Shown here one piece after another: positions 39,167-49,868 of a stretch of DNA of 64,000 bases. The translations under genes and the position numbers were made by a program. Within the stretch, counting starts at the first letter, position 1. Every line of letters begins with the position of its first letter. The notes under the pieces were generated by a model that did no database searches, was not told the DNA's origin, and saw only the letters and a program-made list of their open reading frames with translations. The stretch lies in NCBI GenBank assembly GCA_963790475.1, contig CAWBOS010000010.1, positions 704,001-768,000 of the forward strand. Direction: 5' to 3'. This DNA comes from an uncultured delta proteobacterium (GTDB lineage: Bacteria > Desulfobacterota > RBG-13-43-22).

Positions 39167-40142
39167 CGAAGGTTTTTCAGGGTCCTGCACCCGTTGATTA
39201 CTTCGGGTAATCTCTTCGGCCAGTCCATTTCTTTGATTAAGCACCTGCACCACCTTGCCCCAATCGATTCTGCCGGACAAGCCGTTTTGATGGGCCAGCT
39301 GACTGAGGTGATTCCAATAAGAAAATGATTTTTGATAGGTGTTGGGATGAACTTCCAAAAATATTTTTTGTTCGGAAGTCAATGCCAATTTCAGGGGCTC
39401 ATAGACGATCGTTATCGCTGTTCCGGATTTTATTCGGCGGAAAAGATTTTCGATATCTTCTGTTGCCATCCGAATACAACCATGAGAAGTGGAATGGCCG
39501 ATGCTTTCCGGCCAAATCGTGGAATGAATCCCGTAACCCGGTACCGATAAAGGTATCCAATACTTTCCCAGAGGATTGTCCGGACCGGGTGGGACCTTTT
39601 CCATGACCACTTTCCCTTCCCTCTTCATTTCTTCCTGAATTGACTTAGGGACCGTCCAAGTGGGGTTTTTATATTTCCCCCTTATAACAAAAACTCCTAA
39701 CCGGAGTAGGCCAATCGGGTCTTCCAAGCCCCACCGGAAAACGTTTGATCACGACCCCCTGTTCAAAAAAGTACAACATATGTCCCGGGATATTCAACAA
39801 TAATCCATCGATTATCAGGGGCTGAGGAATGATATGCCGATTGTTGATCACCAGCTTTTGGCCAACGGATAATTTGTAAGGAGGGATGAGATTGTTTCTT
39901 TTGGCCAGATATTCCCAGGTGGACCCGTCGCGTCCGGATATTGAATATAATGAATCGTTGGTTTTGACCGCATATATCTTCTCCCCACCCTGAACCTCGG
40001 AAAAGATTGGCCAGGAGGGTTGATAGGCCGATCCCAAGGCGGGATTACCCATTGATAGCCCCCAAAGGATAAGTATGGTCCAAAAAAGAGGCAGGGGGGG
40101 TTTCTTGATGTTGGAGGTGAGGATTGAAAGGGGATTGAGCAT
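39071..40142 (-). CDS. LysM-domain L,D-transpeptidase (split by one indel near 39700)
   Basis: LysM plus RFPVGLGRPDWPTP in one frame; NPLG, YGIHST, SHGCIRM in the next. Confidence 0.85.
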
Positions 40143-40291
40143 AAGAGTTTAAAATAATATTTTTTTTCGATAAATAATAGTCTTTGAGCCGGATGTCAAG
40201 GAATTGTTTTCAATAAATTCGACCAATTGAGAACAGGAGCGAAATGATTGTATTTGACCCTTTAGCAAATTTAAATTATTATTGAAACATA

Positions 40292-42526
40292 TTGTTCGAG
40301 GGAGGAAATTTACTTCACCGAAAGCAACTTGGCAAAATAATGAGGACCTTTGTGAACTCCAAGACCTTAATAACTTTGGAAGGCTCGATCGAACGGATCT
40401 CCTTTCATAATGAAGAAAATCATTTCACCATTGCCAGGATGAAGATCAAGGGGGAAAGGGATACCATTCCGGTCATCGGTCACTTATTTTCCGTCACACC
40501 TGGGGAGGTCCTGAAAATCAGCGGTTATTTTGAACAACATCCCAAGTATGGCCGTCAGGTCCGTATTGAAAGCTATGAATCCGTCATTCCCGCCACTGTA
40601 CCGGGTATAGAAAAATATCTAGGTTCCGGTTTGGTCAAGGGGATTGGACCGGAAATGGCTAAAAGGATCGTGAAAAAATTCGGTTTAACGACCCTGGATA
40701 TTATTGAGAAAGACATAGGGCAGCTCTCCAAAGTGGAGGGTGTGGGGCCGAAAAGGATCGCCCAGATCAAAGGGGCCTGGAAAGAACAAAAAGAGATTCG
40801 GCGTATCATGATTTTTTTACAGGGCTATGGGGTCAGTACCGGTTTGGCCACAAAAATATTCAAGACCTACGGCCAACAGGCGGTCTCCCGCATCCAAGAA
40901 AATCCTTACGGACTGGCCGCCGATATCTTTGGGGTCGGCTTTCTCACCGCCGATCGCATTGCTCAAAAAATGGGGATGGAGAAGGATGCCCCGGCCCGGC
41001 TTCAGGCCGGACTTACTTATATTCTCCAGCAAAAAAGTGAAGAGGGGCAGGTTTGCCTCCCTGAAGAAGATTTGATTCAAGCCGCCTCCCAACAGTTAGA
41101 AGTGGATGCCTTTCAACTCCACCCGACTCTCAAAGATTTGATCCAAAAAAAACAACTTCGTACCCAGATGGATGAAGCCGGGAAGATCTACATTTTTCTG
41201 CCTTATCTGGATCTTTCCGAGGAAGGGATTTCCCAAAGAATAGGGGTCCTGCTAAAAGAAAAACCTAAAACCGACGGACGTACAGAAACGATCATTTCTC
41301 AAGTGGAAAGGGCCTTTCGCCTGACCTTGTCCGGCCAACAAAAAGAGGCGGTTCAAAAGGCCCTGTCGCAAAAGCTGTTGATTATTACCGGGGGGCCGGG
41401 AACCGGCAAAACCACCATCATTCGCTCAATCTTGGAGATTTATAAACAATTGGGGCGACGATGTGTCTTGATGGCTCCCACCGGCAGGGCCGCCAAACGA
41501 CTTTCGGAGGTGACCCATTATCCGGCGTCCACTATCCACAGGGGCTTGGGGTACAATCCCAAGATGGGCGGATTTCAAAAAGATGAAGAACATCCCCTGG
41601 CGGCCGATCTGGTGGTCATTGATGAGGCCTCGATGGTCGACACCACTTTGATGTTTCATCTCCTTAAGGCCGTTCCCAATCAGGCGGTTTTGATTCTGGT
41701 CGGTGATGTTTTTCAACTGCCTTCGGTTGGACCGGGAAACGTCCTTTCCGATTTCATTCAATCGCAAAAGGTGCCTGTGGTTCAATTAAATCGGATTTTC
41801 AGACAAGGGGAAGGGAGCTTGATCGTTATCAACGCCCACCGGATCCATCAGGGAGATATGCCGATCCTGGTAAATGAAGAGGGAAATAAAAAACAGGATT
41901 TTTATTTCCTGGATCAGGAAGAGCCGGAGAAGGCTGTTCGCTGGATATTGGAACTGATTCAGGATAAGCTGCCCAAACGATACGGGATTGATCCTCTACA
42001 GGACATCCAGGTTTTGACCCCGATGTACAAAGGGGTGGTTGGGGCTGAAAATCTAAATCTCTTTCTGCAACAACACTTAAATCAAGACCAAAGATCTGTT
42101 CAGCGAGGCTCCCGCGTTTTCAAAGTGGGGGACAAGGTCATGCAAATACGAAACAATTATGACAAAGATGTTTTTAACGGCGACATCGGCCGTCTGGCCA
42201 AGATTGATCAGGAGAATCAGGAAGTCCTGGTAAATTTTGACGGCCGGTTTGTCGTCTATGATTTTAGTGAATTAGAGGATCTGGTTCTGGCCTATGCCAT
42301 CTCCGTCCATAAGTCCCAGGGCAATGAATATCCGGCTGTGATTATCCCGGTTATGATCCAGCACTTTATTCTGCTCCAAAGAAATCTGATTTACACCGCT
42401 GTGACCCGTGCCAAACGGGTAGTGGTTTTAGTGGGGACAAAAAAAGCCCTGGCTATCGGCATTAAAAACAATAAACCCCAATTACGCTACAGTTTTCTAA
42501 AAGAGAGACTGATCCATCTGCCTTAG
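40292..42526 (+). CDS. recD2: RecD2-family ATP-dependent helicase
   Basis: GGPGTGKTT, DEASM, YAISVHKSQGNE; HhH N-terminus. Confidence 0.93.
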   Translation: MFEGGNLLHRKQLGKIMRTFVNSKTLITLEGSIERISFHNEENHFTIARMKIKGERDTIPVIGHLFSVTPGEVLKISGYFEQHPKYGRQVRIESYESVIPATVPGIEKYLGSGLVKGIGPEMAKRIVKKFGLTTLDIIEKDIGQLSKVEGVGPKRIAQIKGAWKEQKEIRRIMIFLQGYGVSTGLATKIFKTYGQQAVSRIQENPYGLAADIFGVGFLTADRIAQKMGMEKDAPARLQAGLTYILQQKSEEGQVCLPEEDLIQAASQQLEVDAFQLHPTLKDLIQKKQLRTQMDEAGKIYIFLPYLDLSEEGISQRIGVLLKEKPKTDGRTETIISQVERAFRLTLSGQQKEAVQKALSQKLLIITGGPGTGKTTIIRSILEIYKQLGRRCVLMAPTGRAAKRLSEVTHYPASTIHRGLGYNPKMGGFQKDEEHPLAADLVVIDEASMVDTTLMFHLLKAVPNQAVLILVGDVFQLPSVGPGNVLSDFIQSQKVPVVQLNRIFRQGEGSLIVINAHRIHQGDMPILVNEEGNKKQDFYFLDQEEPEKAVRWILELIQDKLPKRYGIDPLQDIQVLTPMYKGVVGAENLNLFLQQHLNQDQRSVQRGSRVFKVGDKVMQIRNNYDKDVFNGDIGRLAKIDQENQEVLVNFDGRFVVYDFSELEDLVLAYAISVHKSQGNEYPAVIIPVMIQHFILLQRNLIYTAVTRAKRVVVLVGTKKALAIGIKNNKPQLRYSFLKERLIHLP

Positions 42527-42768
42527 AATTTTCCTGAGAATCGCCACGATGCTGGATGGCGAATGATATTTTATTTCAATTCCCTTGATAAAGAAAAATA
42601 GGAATTAGTCCGGGAAGTCTTTCATGTTCATATTCCCCTGCGGGCCGGCAGGGTCGTGGCGATGTTAGGGAAAAGAGAGCCGGTTATCCCTAACCCGGAC
42701 AAGCCGGAACCATATTTGAAATATTGTAACATTTGGTGGATTCGTAAAAAGTCACCGAAAGCCTATTT

Positions 42769-42850
42769 TCGTCATTCCCTTGAAAAAGGGAATCCAGTGT
42801 TTTTAATAAGTTGAGAATAGCCTGGATTCTCGCCTCCGCGGGAATGACGA
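42769..42850. repeat. REP/REPIN-like palindromic element
   Basis: CGTCATTCCC..GGGAATCCAG ... CTGGATTCTCGCCTCCGCGGGAATGACG. Confidence 0.75.
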
Positions 42851-42898
42851 CGAAATATTCTATCCAATTTGAGTAGAATTCTATTCCTAAGTTACTAA

Positions 42899-43552
42899 TT
42901 ACCTAGAAGAATTATCTAGACTATTAAATAAAAAACAGATCCGTTGCAGGGCTGTAAGGTGGGTGCCAAGGGTGAGCAAAAAAAGAATAGCGATAAAAAA
43001 GAAATGATCAGCAGCCCAGGTTTGGGTGGGAAAAATAACGATCAATAGGTCGGTTATGATTGATCCTATCCCCAAGGTGATCACCCGCTCGGCCCGGCCG
43101 AAATACCCCACTGAAACCGACAACCCAAGCCCTTCGCCTCGGGCACGGGAATAACTGACCAGAAAGGAACCGGTTAAAAAAAGAAAAAGCAGAGCGGTAA
43201 TTAAGATTTGTCCATTATTAGCGGGATTAAATGAAAAATAAAGCCAGATTCCAAAGACGGCGAAAAAATCACTGTATCGATCTAAAACAGAATCCAGGAA
43301 AGCCCCGGACGAGGTTTGTTGTTTGGCCTTCCTGGCCAGTCCGCCGTCCAGGCTATCTATGGCCCCGGAAACAAGGACCCCTATTCCACCCAGCCAAAGG
43401 GAATAACTATAGGCGGGAATGGTCAACAGGCTGAAAAACAGGCCGATCAAGGATATGTGATTGGGTTTTAAGTCTAGACGGTATAGGAAAGGGACAGGAA
43501 CTTTTTCAACCCAGTCCAGGTAACGGATTCCGAACTTGGTTTCACGAAGCAA
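42899..43552 (-). CDS. CDP-alcohol phosphatidyltransferase (PI/PIP synthase-like)
   Basis: DSLDGGLAR..GAFLDSVLDR signature; VSYSRARGEGLG, GRAER. Confidence 0.88.
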   Translation of the reverse strand: MLRETKFGIRYLDWVEKVPVPFLYRLDLKPNHISLIGLFFSLLTIPAYSYSLWLGGIGVLVSGAIDSLDGGLARKAKQQTSSGAFLDSVLDRYSDFFAVFGIWLYFSFNPANNGQILITALLFLFLTGSFLVSYSRARGEGLGLSVSVGYFGRAERVITLGIGSIITDLLIVIFPTQTWAADHFFFIAILFLLTLGTHLTALQRICFLFNSLDNSSR

Positions 43553-43617
43553 GGGACCGACTCTTTAAGAAAGATTTGGTCATGTTCTGGCAGATATAAA
43601 TTCCTCAGCGGCCTTTT

Positions 43618-44712
43618 CTATTTTTTGCAGTAGTTCAGATAAACTTCGATTCGTCGCCTGGCCTCTCCTTCCTCCATTTGAACCGGAGGATGTTTCATGA
43701 GATAAGCTGAGACAGGGAGCATTACCCCGGCTTCACCACGATCGCGGGCCACTCGGCAATATCTTATGGCATCAATAGCCACTCCGGCGCTGTTGGGGGA
43801 ATCCTGGACTGATAAACGGGCCTCAAGTTCCAGGGGGACACCGCAAAAATTTACGGCTTCAAGGCGCAAAAAGCAAACCTTGTTATCCTTCTGCCAGGGG
43901 ACATAATCGGAAGGACCGATATGGATATTCTCTTCAGCCAAAGGTTCTTGCAACTGGGATTGAACAGCTTCGGTCTTGGAAATCTTTTTGTTTATTAACC
44001 GATTCCTTTCCAGCATGTTCAAAAAATCAGTGTTTCCCCCGGTATTGAGTTGATAAGTCCGTTTGATCTTGACCCCCCGTTCCTCAAAAAGATGGGCCAA
44101 TACCCGGTGGATGATGGTGGCGCCGACTTGGGATTTAATATCATCTCCAACCAGCGGAATCCCCCGCTGTTCAAATTTTTTGGCCCACTTGGGATCGGAA
44201 GCGATGAACTCGGGCATGCAATTAATCAAACTCACCCCGCTTTTAAGACAACAGGTGGCGTAATAACGAACGGCCTCGGATGAGCCAACCGGAAGGTAGT
44301 TAACCAGTATTTCGGCTTTGGATTTTTTTAAGACCCCTTCAACATCCACCGGTTTTTGTTTGGACGGCAAAAAAGTCCGTTCCGGCGGGAAATCCTTCAT
44401 ATGGGCAGCAAAGCCATCTAAAATCGGCCCCATCAGGACCTGAACGCCGTAATGGGGAAGAGAAGGCCAAATCGGATAGACGCAGTTGGGTGGAGAAAAA
44501 ACGGCTTCTTCAAAAGGACGTCCTACTTTTCGGCGGTCGATATCAAAGGCGGCCACGATTTGAATATCTTCGGGTAAATATCCGCCAAGAATTTTATGCA
44601 TCAAACCTTCTTGAACAAACGGGTTGTGCCGGTAATATTCAATCCCCTGTATCAAGGCGCTGGCGCAGTTTCCCACTCCGCAAATAGCCACCCGTATGTT
44701 CCCTTTGGACAT
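43618..44712 (-). CDS. ino1: myo-inositol-1-phosphate synthase
   Basis: GVGNCAS, YLPVGS, GDDIKSQVGAT, GGNTDFLNM, DSPNSAG. Confidence 0.93.
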   Translation of the reverse strand: MSKGNIRVAICGVGNCASALIQGIEYYRHNPFVQEGLMHKILGGYLPEDIQIVAAFDIDRRKVGRPFEEAVFSPPNCVYPIWPSLPHYGVQVLMGPILDGFAAHMKDFPPERTFLPSKQKPVDVEGVLKKSKAEILVNYLPVGSSEAVRYYATCCLKSGVSLINCMPEFIASDPKWAKKFEQRGIPLVGDDIKSQVGATIIHRVLAHLFEERGVKIKRTYQLNTGGNTDFLNMLERNRLINKKISKTEAVQSQLQEPLAEENIHIGPSDYVPWQKDNKVCFLRLEAVNFCGVPLELEARLSVQDSPNSAGVAIDAIRYCRVARDRGEAGVMLPVSAYLMKHPPVQMEEGEARRRIEVYLNYCKK

Positions 44713-45124
44713 GCCAAAATCTCCCTTCCATGGGTCTCGTAGAAAAAGCTGAAAAAATTTAAGGAATTATCCAATACTATAATTGTTATAATAAAATATT
44801 TCAAAAATCAACCAAAAATACTAAAAGAGTTAATAAATAAGTGGCTAATAGAAATAGAAAAAGTCATTTTTGCTTTTACTCTTTTCCTCGGTCTTGATTT
44901 GTGATAGACTCCAAAAGAGTTTTGTCGGGGAAATCTCTCTTATATCGGGGCGAAAACTATTATGAATATAATAGATCAATAGCATCCCCACGCCGGCCAT
45001 TGGGACCCGGCTAATCGACCACTGGAGTTTTTCATATAAGTTAGAAGAGACTTTAAGATAGGTGGTTGAAGCTGGTCTTTCTTGAATAGATCAGTCAATA
45101 ATCATGGAATAAAGGTGGAAATTA

Positions 45125-45775
45125 ATGGTGGAAAGAATATTGGCGATAGGCGATATCCATGGCTGTTATCTTAAACTGGTCAGACTCATGGAAAAAATTA
45201 AATTCAATTCTGAAAAAGATATCCTGGTCTTTTTGGGGGACTATATCGATCGGGGAGATCAATCCAAAGATGTGGTGGATTACCTGGTTCAACTCAAAAA
45301 GCAATGGCCTTCAACAATCTTTCTTTTAGGGAATCACGAGCAGATGTTGCAGGAGTTTCTCGGTGGGGAAAATATCAATTCCTTCCTGGTTAATGGAGGC
45401 AAGAAGACTTTGGACAGCTATCTGGGAGATAGCCGTCTCTATTCTTCCCAGGATCCGAGAACCGTTTTTCCTCCTGAACATTTGGAGTTTTTTCAATCTC
45501 TGGCTCCCCATTATGAACTGGAAGACTATATCTTTGTGCATGCCGGCCTCCGGGAAGGGATCCCTTTGGAGAGTCAGGATCTTTTTGATCTCCTTTGGAT
45601 TAGAGAAGATTTCTATTTTTCCAAAGCCAACTTCGGGAAGACCGTAGTTTTTGGTCACACCCCATTCCAAAAACCTTTTATTTATAAAAACAAAATCGGT
45701 ATTGATACCGGAGCGGCTTACGGTAATAAACTAACCTGCCTCGAATTGCCGGCCATGAAATTTATCAGCGTATGA
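45125..45775 (+). CDS. Ser/Thr protein phosphatase-like metallophosphoesterase
   Basis: GDIHG, GDYIDRG, GNHE, GHTP, IDTG. Confidence 0.9.
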   Translation: MVERILAIGDIHGCYLKLVRLMEKIKFNSEKDILVFLGDYIDRGDQSKDVVDYLVQLKKQWPSTIFLLGNHEQMLQEFLGGENINSFLVNGGKKTLDSYLGDSRLYSSQDPRTVFPPEHLEFFQSLAPHYELEDYIFVHAGLREGIPLESQDLFDLLWIREDFYFSKANFGKTVVFGHTPFQKPFIYKNKIGIDTGAAYGNKLTCLELPAMKFISV

Positions 45776-45993
45776 CCCTGTGGGGCAGGTTTCAAATCGG
45801 CGAGAAAAGAATTTTTCAGAGGCCTGAGAGGAATTCATTTCTTTTTTCTATCGTTTATTCTTTTGAATCCCGACTGGCCGCCATTTTTATTATTGACCTG
45901 AGAAAATAATTTTGATAAATAATATCAGGAAATAATATATTAATGTCCATTCAATAAGAATGGCCCTAAGACCGACTTGAAAAGGAGGCGGAG

Positions 45994-46632
45994 ATGAAGA
46001 TCAAATACTGGATGACGAAGGAGCCGATTACGGTAACCCCGGATACTTTGGCGATCGATGCCCAGAAGATTATGAAAGAAAATAAGATTCGCCGCCTGCC
46101 GGTGGTAGAAAAGGGGAAACTGGTGGGAATTGTCACTTTCCGCAATCTTATTGAGGCCGCGCCTTCCTCCGCTACTTCTTTAAGTATCTTTGAGTTAAAT
46201 TACCTGATTATGAGGATGAAGGTAAAAGACCTGATGAAAAAGAATGTCATCACCATTTCTCCGGAAGACACGGTTGTCGATGCCATTTCTTTAGGAATGA
46301 AACACGACATCGGTGGATTTCCGGTAATGGATCATGGCGAATTAGTGGGAATTGTAACCGAAACCCAGATTTCCAGGGCCATGATGCGTCTGTTCGGAAC
46401 CAACGTCAAAGAAGAAATCGTTCATATAGAAAATGTGGATCTTCAGACCGGAACCTTTGGAAAAATCGTAGCGATAGTCGAAAAATTGGGAGTAACGGTC
46501 GTCAGTATGTTTTCTGTCCCCAAAAGGACGACGGACCTGATGCGGGTCTATCTCCGAATCAAACCGGACAACAAAGCCAAAGAGAAGGTAGTCGCCGAGC
46601 TTAAAAAGACTGGTTATGATATTGAAGAATAA
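45994..46632 (+). CDS. CBS-pair plus ACT protein (AcuB-like)
   Basis: two CBS domains, SSATSLSIFELNYL, C-terminal ACT. Confidence 0.85.
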   Translation: MKIKYWMTKEPITVTPDTLAIDAQKIMKENKIRRLPVVEKGKLVGIVTFRNLIEAAPSSATSLSIFELNYLIMRMKVKDLMKKNVITISPEDTVVDAISLGMKHDIGGFPVMDHGELVGIVTETQISRAMMRLFGTNVKEEIVHIENVDLQTGTFGKIVAIVEKLGVTVVSMFSVPKRTTDLMRVYLRIKPDNKAKEKVVAELKKTGYDIEE

Positions 46633-46710
46633 TCTTGGGATGTTAATTGTTAATGAGGTAACTGATCTTGAATGCCCTGAGAACCAGGGCATTCTTTTTT
46701 AAAGGCAGGG

Positions 46711-47661
46711 ATGAAAAAGATAATTTTCCCTTTATTGATGCTGTTGTTTTTATTACTCGCCGGCCGGTTAGCCTATGCTGAGGAGACCAACCGGATTGTG
46801 GCCATAGTGAATGATGAAATTATTACTTTCCACGAATTGGAAAAAGCCAAAAAAAATTTTAGGCTCCCGGTGCTCGGAAAAGGGGGGCAAGAAGAACTTG
46901 AAAAACAGGTTTTATTTCAGTTAATCGATCAGAAATTGGTCGATATCCAAATAAAACGATCGGGTATCCATATTCCTCCTGAGGAGGTTGACAAGGCCGT
47001 TGCCAGGATCAGAGAGGAACGAGGTTGGACCAGTTCGGAAGATTTCTCCAAGGCCTTGCTCAAGGAAGGGCTGTCTGAACCCGAATTTAGAGATAAGATC
47101 AAAGAACAAATTTTGCGGTATAGACTGATAAGCCGTGAAATCGGGAGCAAAATTATCATCCCGGAGGACCAGGTACGGGGATTTTACCAAAAGAATAAAT
47201 CCAAATTTCAAAGGACGGAAGGGGTTCAATTGGCCCATATTTTTTTAGCGGTTTCGGAGAAAACCACGCCGGAAGAGCGCTTAAGTCAAAAAAAGAAGAT
47301 CGATGAAATTCACGACCGCCTCTTAAAAGGTGAGGATTTTGCTGAGTTGGCTCGAAAGTTTTCCCAGGATCCTTCAGCCTCTCAGGGAGGAAATCTGGGA
47401 ACGTTTGTTATTGAAGAGATAGATCCGTCTCTTCGAGAGGTGATATCCTCCATGAAGCCTGGTGAATTTAGTCCGGTCTTGCAGTCCCCGCAAGGATGGC
47501 AGATCGTCAAGTTGATTGATTTTCAGGGGGGTAAAGAAATCAGTTTTGATGAAGCCAAGGAACGGATACGAGAACAGCTCTTTCAAGAGGAAGTGGATAA
47601 ACGCTTCGGCGAATGGCTTCAAAAATTAAAGGATCGTTCTTATATCCAGATTCTTCTCTGA
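46711..47661 (+). CDS. surA: SurA-family chaperone/PPIase
   Basis: RIVAIVNDEIIT, FAELARKFSQDP, GGNLG. Confidence 0.85.
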   Translation: MKKIIFPLLMLLFLLLAGRLAYAEETNRIVAIVNDEIITFHELEKAKKNFRLPVLGKGGQEELEKQVLFQLIDQKLVDIQIKRSGIHIPPEEVDKAVARIREERGWTSSEDFSKALLKEGLSEPEFRDKIKEQILRYRLISREIGSKIIIPEDQVRGFYQKNKSKFQRTEGVQLAHIFLAVSEKTTPEERLSQKKKIDEIHDRLLKGEDFAELARKFSQDPSASQGGNLGTFVIEEIDPSLREVISSMKPGEFSPVLQSPQGWQIVKLIDFQGGKEISFDEAKERIREQLFQEEVDKRFGEWLQKLKDRSYIQILL

Positions 47662-47676
47662 TCCAGCTGAGATTTC

Positions 47677-48969
47677 ATGATCGTTTCTATTGCAGATTGC
47701 CGTTCATTTATTGGACAGGAAGTGACCATCCGGGGCTGGCTGGTCCATAAACGCTCCAGCGGCCAGGTCCGTTTTTTAATTCTCAGGGATGGAACGGGAA
47801 TCTTGCAGGCGATTCTATTAAAAAAAAAGGTTTCGGCCGAGGTTTTTCAGTCCTATGATCAATTAACTCAGGAATCTTCCCTATCCTTGACCGGAATTCC
47901 CCATGATGATCCCCGAGCACCGGGAGGGGTTGAATTAGAATTAAGTGGTCTCGATGTCTATCAGCTTACCAAAGAATACCCGATTTCCCCGAAAGAACAC
48001 GGCGTTGCCTTTTTAATGGAACATCGCCACCTCTGGCTCCGTTCGGCTCGGCAGCAGGCAATTCTTTGGGTCAGGCATGAATTAATCCGAGCGATTCGTG
48101 ACTTTCTGGATACCCACCATTTTATCCAACTGGATGCCCCGATATTGACTCCTGCGGCTTGTGAAGGGACGAGCACCCTTTTCAGCACCTCTTATTTCGA
48201 TCAAGGAAACGCTTATCTTTCTCAAAGCGGTCAGTTGTATATGGAGGCCGGGTCTATGGCTTTCGGCCGGGTCTATTGTTTCGGTCCATCCTTCAGGGCC
48301 GAAAAATCCAAAACCCGTCGGCATCTCACTGAATTCTGGATGGTCGAACCCGAGATAGCTTTCGCTGACTTGGAAGAGTTGATTTCCTGGGCTGAACAAC
48401 TAATCTTTTTTATGATCAGCCGGGTTGTGGAGAATCGACGCCCGGAACTTAAACTTTTGGAAAGGGACATAGCCTTTTTAGAAAATATTAAGCCCCCTTT
48501 CCCTCAACTATCATATTTACAAGCTATGGAAATTATAATAAAAGAAGGACATTCTTTTTCTTTTGGAGATGACTTGGGGGGCGACGAGGAGACTCTTGTC
48601 GGTTCGCAATTCGATCTGCCGGTGATCATCCATCGTTATCCAAGTGTTTGCAAAGCCTTTTATATGAAGAGGGATCCCGAAGACTTGCGTTTGGTTCTGA
48701 ATATGGATATTCTGGCTCCGGAAGGATATGGCGAAATTGTTGGAGGATCGGCAAGGGAGGAAGATCTGGAACAGCTTCGGGAGAGAATCAAAGAACAGAA
48801 TCTTTCCGAAGATGATCTTAAGTGGTACTTGGATCTTCGACGTTTCGGAACTGTTCCTCATGGAGGATTCGGGCTGGGATTGGAGAGGATGGTGGCCTGG
48901 GTCTGCGGATTAAAACATGTTCGCGAAGCGATCCCTTTCCCCAGAACCCTATATAGGCTTTACCCTTAA
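47677..48969 (+). CDS. asnS: asparagine--tRNA ligase
   Basis: [33 protein letters not shown]. Confidence 0.93.
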   Translation: MIVSIADCRSFIGQEVTIRGWLVHKRSSGQVRFLILRDGTGILQAILLKKKVSAEVFQSYDQLTQESSLSLTGIPHDDPRAPGGVELELSGLDVYQLTKEYPISPKEHGVAFLMEHRHLWLRSARQQAILWVRHELIRAIRDFLDTHHFIQLDAPILTPAACEGTSTLFSTSYFDQGNAYLSQSGQLYMEAGSMAFGRVYCFGPSFRAEKSKTRRHLTEFWMVEPEIAFADLEELISWAEQLIFFMISRVVENRRPELKLLERDIAFLENIKPPFPQLSYLQAMEIIIKEGHSFSFGDDLGGDEETLVGSQFDLPVIIHRYPSVCKAFYMKRDPEDLRLVLNMDILAPEGYGEIVGGSAREEDLEQLRERIKEQNLSEDDLKWYLDLRRFGTVPHGGFGLGLERMVAWVCGLKHVREAIPFPRTLYRLYP

Positions 48970-48997
48970 GAATCTCGCCAATCGGATATCTATCCTT

Positions 48998-49759
48998 ATG
49001 CCCAGCAAAACGGCCGAGGCCATTATTCTTCAGGTCAAACCATATGGAGAGGCGGACCTGATTATAGATTTCTTTTCTTCCCAATGGGGGAGGATGAGAG
49101 GGATCGCCAAAGGGGCCAAAAAAAGTAAAAAACGGTTTGTCCATTGTCTCGAACCTTTGAATTGGGTTCACTTGAATTTCTTTGAAAAACAAAATAACTC
49201 TCTGGTACGCATCGATCAGGGAGAGTTGATTCACCCTTTTCCGGGGATTCGAAAAGATTACCTAAAATGGGGGCAGGCCGCCTATTTTTGTGAAATGATC
49301 AAAGAACTGTTTGCTGTCGGGGATCCCAATTTGTCGGTTTTTGAATTAATCAGGGAATCTTTGCAGGTCCTTGAACAGGGGAAAGGGTATCAGGAGATAT
49401 TCGGCATTTTTCAAATCCGGTTGCTTAAAATAGCCGGGTACGCCCTTTACTTAAGCTCTTGTCTGGGATGCGGGAAAAAATCTGAGGAAATTATTGACCC
49501 TATTTTTTCTTTGAACAGAGGAGGGATTTTCTGCCCTGGTTGCCTGGGAGGAGAAAATGGGATCCACCTGTCCCCTGGTGCCGTCCAGTGCCTTCGCCAA
49601 GCCATGACCATGGCCATACCTCAGGTTTTTCGGATTCGCTTCACCCGGAAGATGGGAGAAGAAATTGAACGCCTTTTACAATCTTTTTCCTGCCGGATTA
49701 TGGGTAAGGAATTAGGATCGGCCCGCTACCTGAAACAACTACAAGAAACTTATGGGTAA
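48998..49759 (+). CDS. recO: DNA repair protein RecO
   Basis: YGEADLII, AKGAKKSKKRF, CxxC..CxxC zinc finger; upstream of glyQS. Confidence 0.9.
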   Translation: MPSKTAEAIILQVKPYGEADLIIDFFSSQWGRMRGIAKGAKKSKKRFVHCLEPLNWVHLNFFEKQNNSLVRIDQGELIHPFPGIRKDYLKWGQAAYFCEMIKELFAVGDPNLSVFELIRESLQVLEQGKGYQEIFGIFQIRLLKIAGYALYLSSCLGCGKKSEEIIDPIFSLNRGGIFCPGCLGGENGIHLSPGAVQCLRQAMTMAIPQVFRIRFTRKMGEEIERLLQSFSCRIMGKELGSARYLKQLQETYG

Positions 49760-49868
49760 CCATTAGCTCGTAGCTCATAGCGGAAAGCCGGTAGGTTAAA
49801 ACGAGAAAGATTATCCTCTAAACTATCCGCCATAAGCTAAAAATATTTGTTATTTTTAGGGAGGTTAT

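Noticed and set aside
44975-45020. TPP-riboswitch-like text CCGGGT..AATG.CCGGCGTGGGGA on the minus strand
   Set aside because: The conserved CUGAGA and ACCUGA elements are missing and there are no thiamine genes nearby.
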